A stretch of DNA of 64,000 nt. It comes from Mobula hypostoma (Eukaryota). The position numbers and the translations under genes are program-made. A model generated the notes under the pieces. The model was not told the origin of the DNA, searched no databases, and was given only the letters and a program-made list of their open reading frames with translations. Shown in pieces: positions 1 through 12,889 of the stretch. Position 1 is the first letter of the stretch, and each line of letters opens with the position of its first letter. The stretch is from positions 229,402,001 through 229,466,000 of the forward strand of contig NC_086097.1 in the NCBI RefSeq assembly GCF_963921235.1, written 5' to 3'.

Positions 1-669
1 TTTCCCTCCAAAGGTGTTGAATTTCCCTAGCTTTTTGTGTGTTTTGTTCAAGATTTGCAGCATCAGCAAAACTTGTGTCTTTAAAGGTTTTGAATCATTT
101 GAAAACATCCTATTTTTCTATCAAGGTGAAAAAAACTTATTTCCCCATTTTATACTCCTGTTAACATCACATTGCAGAATCTTTGTACCTTCTTCACTGT
201 TCACTTTCCACCTAGACTTACATTGCCATCAGACTTGGAAATGTTATACTTTATCAATTTCTTCTAAAACTTCAATTAGATTGTAAATGGCTGAAGCAGC
301 AAACTTTACTATAGTGAGAGAGGAGCATAATGGTTGACTAAGGATATGTCAAGACTTGTCTTTCCTATGTAGGGTTTTTTCTTGTTGGTTAGGTCTAAAC
401 GGTCAGTTATCACTTCTACTGTGAATTTCTTTCTGCAGTGATAGCTGTGGAAATTTTTACTGCTATTAGTTCTTTGTTGATTTGTTTGTGCAAATGTTAG
501 TGCTTTAGAAGCATTTATTTTGGAGAGTCAAATTTAAATGCTTTTGACATACCACCCTTTTGAAGGCTGCTCCTTGGTTCATTAATGCATTTACCTATAC
601 CTTTTTAATATCTGGTTTATTTTGTATCGAATCATCAGAAGCATGAAATACTTGAGAGCCTCAGCAATT

Positions 670-800
670 ATCAAAACTAGTTGAGCCCTGTTTGTGGAAC
701 AAGGAATGAGAAATTGCAGTGTGACAATGGAACTCAGTTTGCTACAAGGGAATTTACAATTTGCAAAGCAATATGCACTATGGTGATCTTATACCCAACT
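670..800 (+). mobile_element. Degraded Gypsy integrase-core fragment
   Basis: Translates across frameshifts as F.EQG...EKLQCDNGTQFATREF, matching the DNG.QF motif of rve integrases. Confidence 0.5.
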
Positions 801-814
801 CTCCTGGGTTTTAT

Positions 815-1490
815 AGTGAGACGTACAGTGTTTTGAGCAGTTTGGGGCCTCTTATCGAAGAAAGGACGTGCTGGGATCGGAAAGGGTACAGAGAAGGTTC
901 AGAAGAATCATCCCAGGAATGATGTTTGAGGAGCATTTGATTGCTCTGGGCCTGTACTGACTGGAGTTTGGAGAATAGGAGTTAGGGATCTCATTGGAAC
1001 CTGTTGAATATTGAAACATCTGGATAGAGTGGGGGCCGGCTGGTGGTGCAGTGACATCAGCGCCGGTCTCCGTAGCGAAGGTTCCCAAGTTCGAATCCAG
1101 TCAGGCCGATCCCGGACACGTTTTCCATCCGAAACTCGCAACTCAGCCTCATAAAAAAAAACTGCGCTGTGAGAAGGACGTGGGGGAACACTCACAGAAT
1201 CTTTCCTCCAAGACAACCACTTGAAAAAAGTGGTCACCGAGGCTCTGGTAGAGTATGGCACACACAAAAAAAGAGAGTGGATGTGGAGAGGATTTTTCTG
1301 TAGCAGGGGAGACTAGAAACAGAATAGAGGTACGTCCCTTCAGTACAGAGATGAGGAGGAATTCCTTTCGTCAGAGGTTGGTGAATCTGAAGAATTCATT
1401 GCCACAGACGTCTGTGTGAGGCCAAGTCATTGGGTAAATTTTAAACAGAGCTTGATAGATTCTTGATTAGTAAGGATGTCAAAGTTTCTG
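815..1490 (+). mobile_element. CR1 LINE 3' fragment, split by a SINE
   Basis: LERVQRRF-like coding DNA and the CR1 3' motifs ggatagagtggatgtggagagg and tggtgaatctg.gaattcattgccacag. Confidence 0.8.
1033..1273 (+). mobile_element. tRNA-derived SINE with 7-bp TSD
   Basis: A-box-like TGGTGCAGTGA, B-box GTTCGAATCC, A-rich tail. TSD AGAGTGG at 1026-1032 and 1274-1280. Confidence 0.85.
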
Positions 1491-1524
1491 GGCATAGGGA
1501 GGGTTGGAGAATAAAGCTGAGTAT

Positions 1525-2865
1525 ACTAGGCACCCACCAAACTCTGTGTAACAAAAAAATTGCTTCTCACATTTCCTTTGAAATTACCCCCTCTCATCTT
1601 AAATTAATGTCCTCTGACAATTCAATCCTGGAACAATGATACTGTCTGTCTATTCTGTCTGTGCCTCTCATAACCTTATAAATCTCTATCGGATCTCCCC
1701 TCAGCCTCCACCACCAACAGAGAAAACAACCCAAGTTTTTCCAAGTTCTCATTACAGTGCATGCCCTCTAATGCAGTCAACATCCTGGTTAACCTCTTCT
1801 GCACCTTCTTTAAAGCTTCAATATCCTTCCTATAATGGGATGACCAGACTGTAGACTCCAGATGCAGCCTAACTAGAATGTTATAAAGCAGCAACATGAC
1901 TTCCTGACTTTTGAACTCAGTGTTTCGACTCATAAAGGCAAACATGCCATATGCCATCTTAACCATTCCACCAAGCTGTGTAGCCACTTTCAGGGAGTTA
2001 TGGACCTCATGACCCCTCGACTCATCGACACTGTTAGGGGTCTTGCTGGGTTAAACTCTATCTGCCATTTCTCCACCCACATCAACACTGTTGGGCGTCT
2101 TGCTGGGTTAAACTCCATCTGCCATTTCTCTGCCCACATCTGCAACAGATTTACAGCCCATTGTTTTTTTTGCCACCAATTGCAAATTTACTAACCCAGC
2201 CATCTACATTTTCATCAATGTAATTTATATACATCACAAACAGCAGAGCTCCCAGCACAGATCCCTGCAGAACACCGCCAATCACAGACCTTCAGCTGGA
2301 ATAAGACCCTCCGACCACTCTCCTCTGTCTTCTAAGGACAAGCCAGTTCTGAATCAGAATCTGAATCAGGTTTATTATCACCAGCGTGTGTCGTGAAATT
2401 TGTTAACTTAGCAGCAGCAGTTCAATGCAATACATAAATATAGAAGAGAGAGAAAAACAATATAAAATAATAATAATAAATAAGTAAATCAATTACAGTA
2501 TACATACTGTATAATGAATAGATTAAAAATTGTGCAAAAACAGAAATAATGTATATTTGAAAAATGAGGTAGTATCCAAGGGTTCAAAGTCAATTTAGGA
2601 ATCAGATGGCAGAGGGGAAGAAGCTGTTCCTGAATTGCAGAGTGTGTGCCTTCAGGCTTCTGTACCTCCTGCCTGATGGTAACAGTGAGAAAAGGGCATG
2701 CCCTGGGTACTGGAGGTCCTTAATAATGTATACTGTCTTTCTGAGACTAAATAGCCTGAATCAAACCAAATCTGAATCCAAACAGCCAATTCACCATGGA
2801 TTCCATGCATGTTAATCTTCTGGAAGAGCCTCCCATGAAGAACCTTGTCAAACATTTTACTAAAA
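1525..2865 (-). mobile_element. CR1 LINE RT/3' fragment, interrupted at about 2355-2755
   Basis: ORFs 1676-1987 (WSSHYRKDIEALKKVQKRLTRML) and 2652-2855 (FDKVLHGRL...GIHGELAVWIQ). Confidence 0.85.
2355..2755 (-). mobile_element. Rex1/Babar-type LINE 3' end
   Basis: Tail gaatcagaatctgaatcaggtttattatc plus aagctgttcctgaa...tgtacctcctgcctgatgg. The same module recurs at 12890-13400 and 54190-54760. Confidence 0.7.
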
Positions 2866-3049
2866 TCTTTTTACAAATAAACTGAGTGTCTGATAAACTG
2901 AGTGCCGTGAGTCTTTCCTGTTTTTATATCAAAAAAAGACTAAAATCTTGCTTAATTGTTACTTACGGCTATAGCACTTAAGTTGCCAGTCAAGCCAACG
3001 AATGACAGAGAGGCTAAGGAAAAAAAATCCTCCACAAGCACAAGGAGAA

Positions 3050-3430
3050 GACAATGAGACATAGGAGCAGAATTAGGCCACTTGGCCCAAAGAGTCTGCT
3101 CCGCCATTTCATCATGGCTGATTTATAATCCCTCTCAACCCCATTCTCTTGCCTTCTTCTCGTAACCTCTGATGCCCTGACTAACCAAGAACCTATCAAC
3201 CTCCACTTTAAATATACCCAATGACTTGCCTCCACAGCCATCTGTGGCAATGAATTCCACAGATTCACCACTTTTGGCTAAAGAAGTTCCTCCGTATCTC
3301 TGTTCTAAATGGATGTCCCTCTATTCTGAGGCTGTGCCCTCTGGTCCTGATCTCACCCACTATAGCAAACAACCTCTCCACATCCATTCTATCTAGGTCC
3401 TTCAATATTCAATAGGTTTCAATGAAATCT
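3050..3430 (-). mobile_element. CR1 LINE 3' end
   Basis: VNLWNSLPQMAVEA and the terminal ataggagcagaattaggcc motif. Confidence 0.85.
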
Positions 3431-4274
3431 TCCTCCAGAATTCTATGTGTTACTCCATCTCCTACCGACCTGAAACAGATGTGCTGAAACTTTGAGTATC
3501 AACAGCAACACTAAAAACATGGGTAGAACGCCTGCAGTATTGAGTATAGCTTCAATGATACCCAAAGCACTGCATCGTCAACAGGATGCCCGACACACCA
3601 AACGTACGCATCCACAAAGTGAAACACATCTTTCCAAATGAGCAATATAACAAGGGTACCAAGTAATAATAGTTTCTTAACTTTTAAAATTCAAGCTAAA
3701 ATTTATAGAAATCAGAATCAGATTTATTATCACTGTTTTATATGGTGTGAAATTTGTTGTTTTGTGACAGCTGTACAATTCAAAAACAAAATTGCTATAA
3801 ATTACAAAATAAATAAATAATGCAAAATAAAAATAATAATGAGGTAATGGGCTCACAGACCTTTCAAAAATCTGATGGTGAAGGGGAAGAAGTTGATTTT
3901 GAGTGGTTGAATACGAGTCAATGAATGGAAAACAATAAAGGAAGAAGGATATTAAAACATGAATAAGGATCTATGATAGGTAGGAAAATAAGTTATGAAG
4001 AAAATATAAATGGGCTGCAAATGATATAGGTGGGTTATGTTATGTGAGCGGGCAAATATCTGGCAAATGGATCATGATGTCGGGAAATATGAAGCTGACC
4101 ATTTGTAAATGTTGAATGCTTGTGAACCTCTGAAACACAGAGTGATGTGGAGAGGAATTGAATGGAAAAGTGGGGAAATTATGCACAGCCATCCAGGGCA
4201 TTGGTGAAACTGCACCTGCAATATCGTGTATAGCATTGGCTTCAGATTTAGGGAATGATGCTAATGTGTTAGGG

Positions 4275-5670
4275 CACAGAACATTACAGGTCCTATGGCT
4301 CACAATGTTGTGCCAACCTTATAATCTACTCCAAGATCAATCTAACCCTTCCTTCCTACATAGCCCTCCATATTTCTATGATCCATGTGCCTATCTATAC
4401 ATTTGTGAAATGTCCCAGAGCAAGTTGATATGATTGTTAAGAAGACGTATATATATCTGCCTCTACCACCACCCTTGACAGGGCATTCCACATGCCCACC
4501 ACTCTCTGTGTAAGGAACCTACCTCTGACATCCCCCACCGCATACTTTGCTCCAGTACCTTAAAATTATGCTCCCTTGTACTAGCCATTTCTGCCCTGGG
4601 AAAAAGTCTCTGGCTATCCACTCTATCTATGCATTTTATCATCACGTACACCTCTAAAAGATCACCTCTTATCCTCCTTCACTCCAAAGGGAAAAGCCCT
4701 AGCATGCTCAACCTGCATAACGTCACAAGACATGGCCTCTAGTCCAGGCAGCATCCTGGTAAACCTCCTCCGCACCCTCTCTAAAGCTTCCGTATCCTTT
4801 CTATAGTGAGGTGACCAAAACTGAACACAATATTCCAGCTGTGGTCTCACCAGGGTTTTATAGAGCTGCAACATTGCCTAGAGACTCTTGAACTCAATCC
4901 CCAACTAATGAAGGCCAACATACCATACGCCTTCTTAACAATCATATCAACTTGCTCTGGCAACTTTGAGGGATCTGTGGACGTGGACCCCAAGATCCCT
5001 CTGTTCCTCCACACTTTATTCTGCTTTCAAATTTGACCTTCCAGTGTGAATCACTTCACACTTTTCCGGGTTGAATTCCAAATGCCTCTTCTCAGCCCAG
5101 ATCTGCATCATGTCCTGTTGCAAACTACAACAACCCTCCGCACTATCCACAATTCCACCAACCTTTGTGTCATTTTCAAACTTACTTACCCACTATACCA
5201 CTTCCTCATCCAAGATACTTACATTCTGCGTATCACAGGGAGCAGGGGTCCCGGAACAGATCCCTGTGGAACACTACTGGCCACCAATCTCCAGGCAGAA
5301 TACTCTCTACCTACTACTGCCCTCCGCCTTTGGACAAGCCAATTCTGTATCCACACAGCCAAATTTCCCTGGACCCCAGGCCTTCTGACTTTCTAAATGA
5401 GCCTACCATGGGGAACCTTATCAAATGGTTTAATAAAATCTATATACATCTCAACTACTGCTCCAACTCCATCAATGAGTCTTGTCACATCCTTAAAGAG
5501 TTCCATCACGCTTGTGGGACATAACCTACCCCTCATAAAGCCATGTTGACTATCCCTAAGCAGACTATGCCTCTCCAAGTACTCATAAATCCTGTCTCTA
5601 AGAATCTCCTCCATTAATTTGTCCATCACTGAAGTAAGACTTACTGGTCTATAATTCTCAGGGTTAGCCA
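4275..5670 (-). mobile_element. CR1 LINE ORF2 (RT) 3' portion, degenerate
   Basis: ORFs NYRPVSLTSVMDKLME...SQHGF...FDKVPH and LYKTLVRPQLEYCVQFWSPHYRKD. Confidence 0.9.
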
Positions 5671-7711
5671 TACTCTGTTGTTGGGTCTGCCATGCCTAAT
5701 ATGAGCAGAAATGGTTGAACATGACTGGCTTGTGCTGCTGGGGTTTAGAAGAGTAAGAGGAGACTTGATTAAAACATATACGATCATGAGATGAATTGCT
5801 TCATGTTCCACAGTTATTGCCTGATCTGCTGAGATCTTCCACATTTTCTTTTTTTACTTCAGATATCTAGAATCTTCATTTTTTCCTGGTTTTTATTTGG
5901 TGTGATTAAGATTGCATGGATTTCAGAAGTGCTGGGTATTAAAAGAGGTACACCTGGTAGCAGTGGAAGGAAAGATTAGGAATAAATTGAAATATTGTAC
6001 AAATATATAAAAAATAATTCTATTCATTCGATGCATAAACCAACTTGGTTCAGAGAGGATACAATAATGGGTGGATGAGATGGTACAGGAGAGGAGAAGA
6101 TCTGAAATTTACAGTCTTTGGTGGATATGAGGTCAGGAAAGCATTGGAATAGTTGAGTCTGAAGATCAGAAAGATATGGAAGACGGTTTCTGTGACAGAT
6201 TCACTAGGATATTAAGTTAACATGGAGAATGTAATTAGTGAGAAAGTAATGTTATTTTTTGTTGATTGACCATCCCACAAGAAACATAAGCATGAGGCGA
6301 GGAGTGGCTGGTGCTTCGGAGGGTAACTGACCCAAGGGGAGGAAGCACAGCCGTGAGGAGACTCTCTCCTGCTGTCTCCGACCCCACAGAAATCTGTGGG
6401 TTTTTGGTGTCTGGGTCATGGAGTTGCTGCCTTTGCTAAATTTTTCTGAGTGCACGTAGCAAAGTGGTGGAATCTGCACTGGAATATTGTTCTTGTCAGG
6501 GCTGTGTAGGTTGCAGTTCAATGAACCTCCTGGAAAATATGCAGATGAAATAGCACACTTGTCTTTAACAAACCACAGCCTTTTTTGTGGAGGCTATAGT
6601 TGGCTCCAGCTCTGAACATAATGCTGCAATTTCTATGAAACAAAAATTATAACGTTGGAGATATGGGGTCAGAATGTTAGATTGAAAATGAACTTTATCT
6701 GATTCAACATGAGACAATGACCTTACATGAGAGGGAATTAATGCCATAAGCACAATGTTTGTAGTCTTCATGTGTATCAGCCCTTTATTCTTCTCATGTG
6801 CCTCTCCTTGGCATATGTTCTGCAGCGTTGAAATGGAATCAACAGTCCAGGGAGCAGGAATGCTTCTGGTAGATATTCATATACAAAGTATATCTTGAAC
6901 AGATAAGAAAATGCCAAGTCTTCAAGGATGAATGCATCAAGGTAACTCGCTGCACAGCCCACGTTATATGAAGAATAATGAAGGGGTCTGACCTGGAATG
7001 AAGGCAAGTCTCACTTGAAAAATCAAAGACTTGAATAAACGTTCTAATCAGCTGAAAACGTACAGAGCTTTCAAAGCTCACACACTACTCGCCTTCAACT
7101 CGATCCAGTAATACAGACAGCTGCTGCACCGCATAATGTGTCTACTGTGCCAATGACTGATAAGCATACGTGTCCAAACGCGCCTAGTGGAGACTTGGCA
7201 AAGGACAAAGTATCAAGGAGACTCAAGGCAAACAACTCAAAAGGGCAGAGTGACCAGGAGAGACATTATCCTCCAAAATAAGGCTAAGTAATTTATTTCC
7301 TGGTTTCTCTGGAAACTGTGTTGCTTTGGAAACCCTTTCCCCCTGCAAAGTATTTAAACCAAAGGGACATATCTTGAACTGTAACAAATAGTTCATACAG
7401 TTCATCAACTTAACATGATAAAAAAGCAAAGCAAAGTTAAAGTCAAACATTTTCTTTCAGAGACACCAGGGATTTCAGATGTTGGAATCAGAAGCAAAAA
7501 TCAAACTGTTGGAAGAGCTCTGGATCAAGCAGCATAAGAAGAGATAAAGGGAGTTCGATGTTTTAGGTAGGGGTCCTGCATCGGGACTGCATTGACCCAA
7601 AATAATTTTTACCTGGCTCCTAAAGGATTAAATTAGAGCAGCAAGTAATATCCTGGAACCAGAAATTAACGATGGAGAAGTTAATGGAAAAAGAAATATA
7701 AAGGCAGTTCA

Positions 7712-7985
7712 GCTGCATAGTGGTTAACATTGTTTTACAGTACCAGTGATCAGGGTTCAATTCCCGTGACCACATGGCTTTCCTCCAAGTGCTCCAGTTT
7801 CCTCCCGCATTCCAAAGACGTATGAGTTAGGGCTGGTAAATTGTGAGCACGCTACGTTGGTGGCAGAGCATGGCAATGCTTGCAGGCTGCCCCCAGCACA
7901 CACACAGACTTTGTCGCTCATTGATGCAAATGACACATTTCACTGTATGTTTCCATGTACGTGCGCAAAATAAAGCTCATCCTTA
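7712..7985 (+). mobile_element. V-SINE (HE1/mermaid-like) copy
   Basis: gcatagtggtta A box, gggttcaattcc B box, and V-domain gtgctccagtttcctcccgcattccaaagac. Confidence 0.7.
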
Positions 7986-9159
7986 ATCTTTTTATCTTTT
8001 AAACATAAATGGTTGTGATTCCAATAATTCACTGCAGAGAGCAACTATGCAGGCCTTAAAATAGCTTTTAAAATGGAGCAGTGCACCTGTGCTACCTGTT
8101 GTACTGTTTACTTAATTAATGGTGGCTTCTGCAAATTATTATTTTTCACCACCTAGTTTCTTGTCCTCAGGTGTACAATGTCACAGCTGTGTTAAACAAT
8201 GAGCAGCACATTATCAGTGTTCTGGCAACTCGCAGGCCACCTGATATCTGTTTGCAGGGGTTTATTTCCTGACAAATAACCCCCATTGTACACTGTTGTA
8301 CAGAGGCTGTCACAGGCATGTTTCACAGTTTTCAATCTGTTTTCTCTTTACAAAGAGGTGGGAATTACTTCCTGAGAAACATGAATTTACATGCCCATGT
8401 TGCTGCCTGAACACACGACTTGGGAGTTCATGGAGTCATGTTCTTACTGCTGGTAAACATACCGATTTTATGTAGGCAACACACACAGAATGCTGGAGGA
8501 ACTCAGCAGGCACTTGGGTGTTGTTAAGGGCGGTGTCCCGTGTTGTTAGAAAGCCACTCCCTCCATCTACTCTTTGATTCTAGTGTTTAATTTAAAGCAT
8601 GTCAAAATAAGTTATCTTAAATATCTGTAAGTAATAGCAAACCATAGATTAACTTATTACATAATATTATTGAATTCAAGAGCAGGGAGGTTATACTGCA
8701 ACTATGCAGGGTGAAGCCATGCCTGGAGTATCACGAGCAGTTCTGGTCTTCTTACTTGAAGAAAGACATATTGGCTTTGGAGGTGAATCAGGGGATGTTT
8801 ATGAGGTTGATTCCAGAGAACTGAAAACTCTAACTTAAAAAATACCAACTGGAATGCATATTTCCTATCAGAAAGAAGCTGAAGGAAAGATAGGTAGGAT
8901 TGATAACTAATTTCATCTGCAGTTGGTTCCATGTCGAGCAATTAATTCTGCACTAGAAGGAAACAAAATGAACAGAAGGGGTCAAAAACATCTAGCTAAA
9001 ATGTACTTAAAGCCTGTGGTGTGCATCAGTTGAGTCACAACACTTCTAAATCAGGAAGTAAGTTCAAACTCCACAACAGTGCCAGACTTATTCCATCATA
9101 CTTTAGCCATGTTCTGATTTTGGTTGTTATTTCAAAACATTCAACTAATTCAAAGGAAG

Positions 9160-9316
9160 GCTTGGCAGTCCGAAATGTGAGTCTAACTTTGTGTTTACTT
9201 AAAGCGAGGCGATCAACAAATCATGTGGTAGCACGATGATGTATACAATTCACATATTTTTACATATAACTGGTAATGTATAATTCAAACAAACAGGAAT
9301 GCTTAATCAACCAATA
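9160..9316 (-). mobile_element. Gypsy LTR fragment immediately left of the Tc1 element
   Basis: Similar to 23587-23785 (gaaatgtgagtctaactt...tttttacat...aaacaaacagg) and to the reverse complement of the LTR at 36852-37086. Confidence 0.55.
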
Positions 9317-9318
9317 TA

Positions 9319-10930
9319 CAGTAGCATGCAAAAGTTTGGGCACTCCTGGTCAAAATTTCTGTTACTGTGAATAATTAAGTGAGTAGAAGATGAACTGATC
9401 TCCAAAAGTCATAAAGTTAATGATGAAACATTCTTTTCAACATTTTAAGCAAGATTATTGTATTATTTTTGTTTTGAACAATGTTAGAGTGAAAAAAGGA
9501 AAGGAGCACCTTGCAAACATTTGGGCACCCCAAGAGATTTGAGGTCTCAGGTAACTTTTACCAAGGTCTCAGACCTTAATTAGCTTGTTAGGGCTATGGC
9601 TTGTTCACAGTCATTGTTAGGAAAGGCCAGGTGATGCAAATTTCAAAGCTTTATAAATACCCTGACTCCTCAAACCTTGTCCCATCAATCAGCAGTCATG
9701 GGCTCCTCTAAGCAGCTGCCTAGCACTCTGAAAATTAAAATAAATGAGGCTCACAAAGCAGGAGAAGGCTATAAAAAAAGATAGCAAAGCGTTTTCAGGT
9801 AGCTCTTTCCTCAGTTCGTAATGTAATTAAGAAACAGCAGTTAACAGGAACGGTGGAGGTCAAGTTGAGGTCTGGAAGACCAAGAAAACTTTCTGAGAGA
9901 ACTGCTCATAAGACTGCTAGAAAGGCAAATCAAAACCCCTGTTTGACTGCAAAAGACCTTCAGGAAGATTTAGCAGACTCTGGAGTGGTGGTGCACTGTT
10001 CTACTGTGCAGCGACACCTCCACAAATATGACCTTCATGGAAGAGTCATCAGAAGAAAACTCTTCCTGCATCCTCACCACAAAATTCAGCGTCAGAAGTT
10101 TGCAAAGGAACATCTAAACAAGCCTGATGCATTTTGGAAACAAGTCCTGTGGACTGATGAAGTTAAAATAGAACTTCTTGGCCGCAATGAGCAAAGGTAG
10201 GTTTGGAGAAAAAAAGGGTGCAGAATTTCATGAAAAGAACACCTGTCCAACTGTTATGCACGGGGGTGGATCAATCATGCTTTGGGCTTGTGTTGCAGCC
10301 AGTGGCACGGGGAACATTTACTGGTAGAGGGAAGAATGAATTCAATTAAACACCAGCAAATTCTGGCAGCAAACATCACACTGTCTGTAAAAAAGCTGAA
10401 GATGAGAAGAGGATGGCTTTTACAACAGGATAATGATCCTCAACACACTTCAAAATCCACAATGGACTACCTCAAGAGGCGCAAGCTTAAGGTTTTGCCA
10501 TGGCCCTCACAGTCCCCTGACCTAAACATTATCGAAAATCCGTGGATAGACCTCAAAAGAGCAGTGCATGCATGACGGCCCAAGAATCTCACAGAACTAG
10601 AAGTCTTTTGCAAGGGAGAATAGGCGAAAATCGCCCAAACAAGAATTGAAAGACTCTACAGAAAGCGTTTACAAGCTGTGGTACTTGCCAAAGGGGGTGT
10701 TACTAAGTACTGACCATGCAGGGTGCCCAAATTTTGCTTTGGGCTCTTTTCCTTTTTTGTTATTTTGGAACTGTAAAAGATGGAAATAAAAAGTAATCTT
10801 GCTTAAAATATTAAAGAAATGTGTCATCTTTAACTTTATCTCTTTTGGAAATCAGTTCATCTTTTACTTGCTTAGCTATTCACAGTAACAGAAAATTTGA
10901 CTGGGGTGCCCAAACTTTTGCATGCCACTG
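9319..10930 (+). mobile_element. Full-length Tc1 (DD34E) DNA transposon, IR/DR type
   Basis: Terminal inverted repeats of about 210 bp starting CAGT(A/G)GCATGCAAAAGTTTGGGCAC, with internal TTTGGGCACCC repeats. TA target duplication at 9317-9318 and 10931-10932. Confidence 0.95.
9698..10713 (+). pseudogene. Tc1 transposase pseudogene
   Basis: ATG at 9698 to TGA at 10713. Motifs GRPRK, VLWTDE and QQDND...WPSQSPDLNIIEN with D34E spacing. Frameshifts in A-runs and premature stops at 10200 and 10575. Confidence 0.9.
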
Positions 10931-10934
10931 TATG

Positions 10935-11035
10935 TACAAGTAACACACACAAAATGCTGGAGGAACTCAGCAGGCCAGGCAGCATCTATGGAAAAGAGTG
11001 CAGTCAACGTTTCAGGCCAAAACCCCTCGAACCAG
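10935..11035 (-). mobile_element. Penelope-like element terminal fragment
   Basis: aacacacacaaaatgctggaggaactcagcaggccaggcagcatc, the same terminus as the GIY-YIG-bearing element ending at about 20275. Confidence 0.75.
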
Positions 11036-11099
11036 CCACGAACCGATGTTCGACTCCATTTCAGAGGCTGTTTAAAGGGTCCATTAATCACTGATTAAA

Positions 11100-11655
11100 G
11101 CATCAAGGAAGACTGAGACATCAAGGCAAGTGCAGAAGACATGTGAGCGTTTCAACGCTGACTGCCTGCCTTTTGATCACTGCCGGAGAGGGAATCTGTG
11201 AGCGGCCTATGGCTGTGCGGCTCACTGTGGCAGGCGGGTAGGCCTCTCTGCCTCGTGTGACATTCCTCTCTTTCCGTGAATGTTGGTGATATTGGAGGAT
11301 GTTATTGTGGTTCTGCATTTATGTATTGGAGCATTGTACTTATTGACAGTGGACCTTTGCAGACCTATGATTTTTATATTCTGTGTTTTTATTGACAATT
11401 CCTCTTCTGTTTTGTTGTGTGAGAGGAGGGTGCTTGGGGATTAATGTTCTGCTGTGTTCTGTTAGTTTGTTCGTGTGGGGAAGGTTGAAGATCAGGATGC
11501 CATTCTTTTTTGTACTGGGGGAGAATGTGTGGTTTGGTATTTTTCTCAGAATGACTTTCACGTTCTTTCTTTTTGCGGCTACCTGAAGAAATACAAATTT
11601 CAGAGTTGTATATGGATTCATGCTTTGATGATAAGTGAACCTTTGAATCTTTGAG
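11100..11655 (+). mobile_element. Non-autonomous retroposon / LINE 3' region with TTTGAATCTTTGA tail
   Basis: 3' end gctacctgaagaaatacaaatttcagagttgtat...aacctttgaatctttga; reverse-orientation relative at about 13550. Confidence 0.55.
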
Positions 11656-12889
11656 AGGGAGGTATCGCTCCTGCCACAGAGAGTGGGAGACCACCAGCTC
11701 ATTGTTTCGATATTACAATCTGCAGCGCTGATTATTTCGACAGCAGTGTAAACTGCTGTCTTGATATTCTGATCTCCCACGATGCTTCAGTCAGCAACTC
11801 TGGTGAGGAACTGGGTCATTCCCAGAGCCGCAGGACTGCACCCTGAATGAAACGTTTTGTGTATCCAATGCACTTTCTATAAGTGCAATGTACTTCCTAT
11901 TTGCTCTCAGAATTTTCGAGCAATATTTTTATCAATGTGACCACACCTTCTGTATTTTCCTTCCATTCCATGTAGGCCTCTACCGTATATGTCTGCCTGT
12001 CTACCTCTCTGATTGGATACCCACCATTAAAGGTTCTTATGACATATTTCATTCTGACATCTGTAAGTTGTGAATATACTGTAAACCTAAGGAATAGAAC
12101 CTAAGTCAGATGTTTCATAATCTCTCTATAAATTAAACTGAGCCCATACTATAAGCACATTAAAGTAAAATAGACTAAATCGTGTCTAATTTCTACAGCC
12201 CTTCAAACCTTCAGTGAATTCATGGTTGGTCCTATCCTCAGACTCCTGAAATCTATCATGAGAAGTCTTAAAGCTACTCAGTGACAAGATATCTACCGTC
12301 TTCTGTGGCAGGAAATTCCCAAAATTTTGTAGCTTGTTTCAGGATGGTCAACACCCTTTGTCCCAAGAGTATTCTCCTTTTACTGGATGTTCCATCCCAT
12401 GGAAAGCACCTTTTTGTAGTTACCTTGAAAAAATACAGAATCTTATGTTTCAGTGAGGTCTTATGTTTCGCCGATAATGAGAACACACTGCAACCCAAGG
12501 GTGCCTTTGCCAGAGCACTGTATAGTCACAGTAATAGTTTATTACTTTTATACTCTGAAATATGTATTTTATAAACCAGCATACACATACTTAGGCACAC
12601 CAACGTTGCATAGCACAGTGTTTCCTGGCAGTGACAAGTTCCCTGCTGTTCCAGCTCAACTACATTCTAAGCTGTTAAAACTATTTCCTTAATGCTGAAA
12701 CTGTTTCTGAACCTTAATATTGAGGTGTTGCAGTTCAGGCATAAATCCTTTTATAACTAGTAAAACTTTTCATAGACATGCTGAAAAGAGGTTTGCCGGC
12801 CAGCAGTCAAAACTGTTTCAAAATTTTGAGTGTTTATGAGTAAAGCAGACACAAGTAGTTCTGAAGTGTTGAAAAGCTTTTAAAAAACA

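Noticed and set aside
1033..1110. tRNA gene
   Set aside because: The A/B boxes belong to a SINE head with body, tail and TSD; there is no complete cloverleaf.
2028..2140. Tandem duplication of about 56 bp
   Set aside because: A local duplication inside a dead CR1; two units only, not CRISPR-like.
11739..11760. Perfect 9-bp hairpin with GTAA tetraloop
   Set aside because: About one stem of this length is expected by chance in 64 kb, and there is no supporting context.
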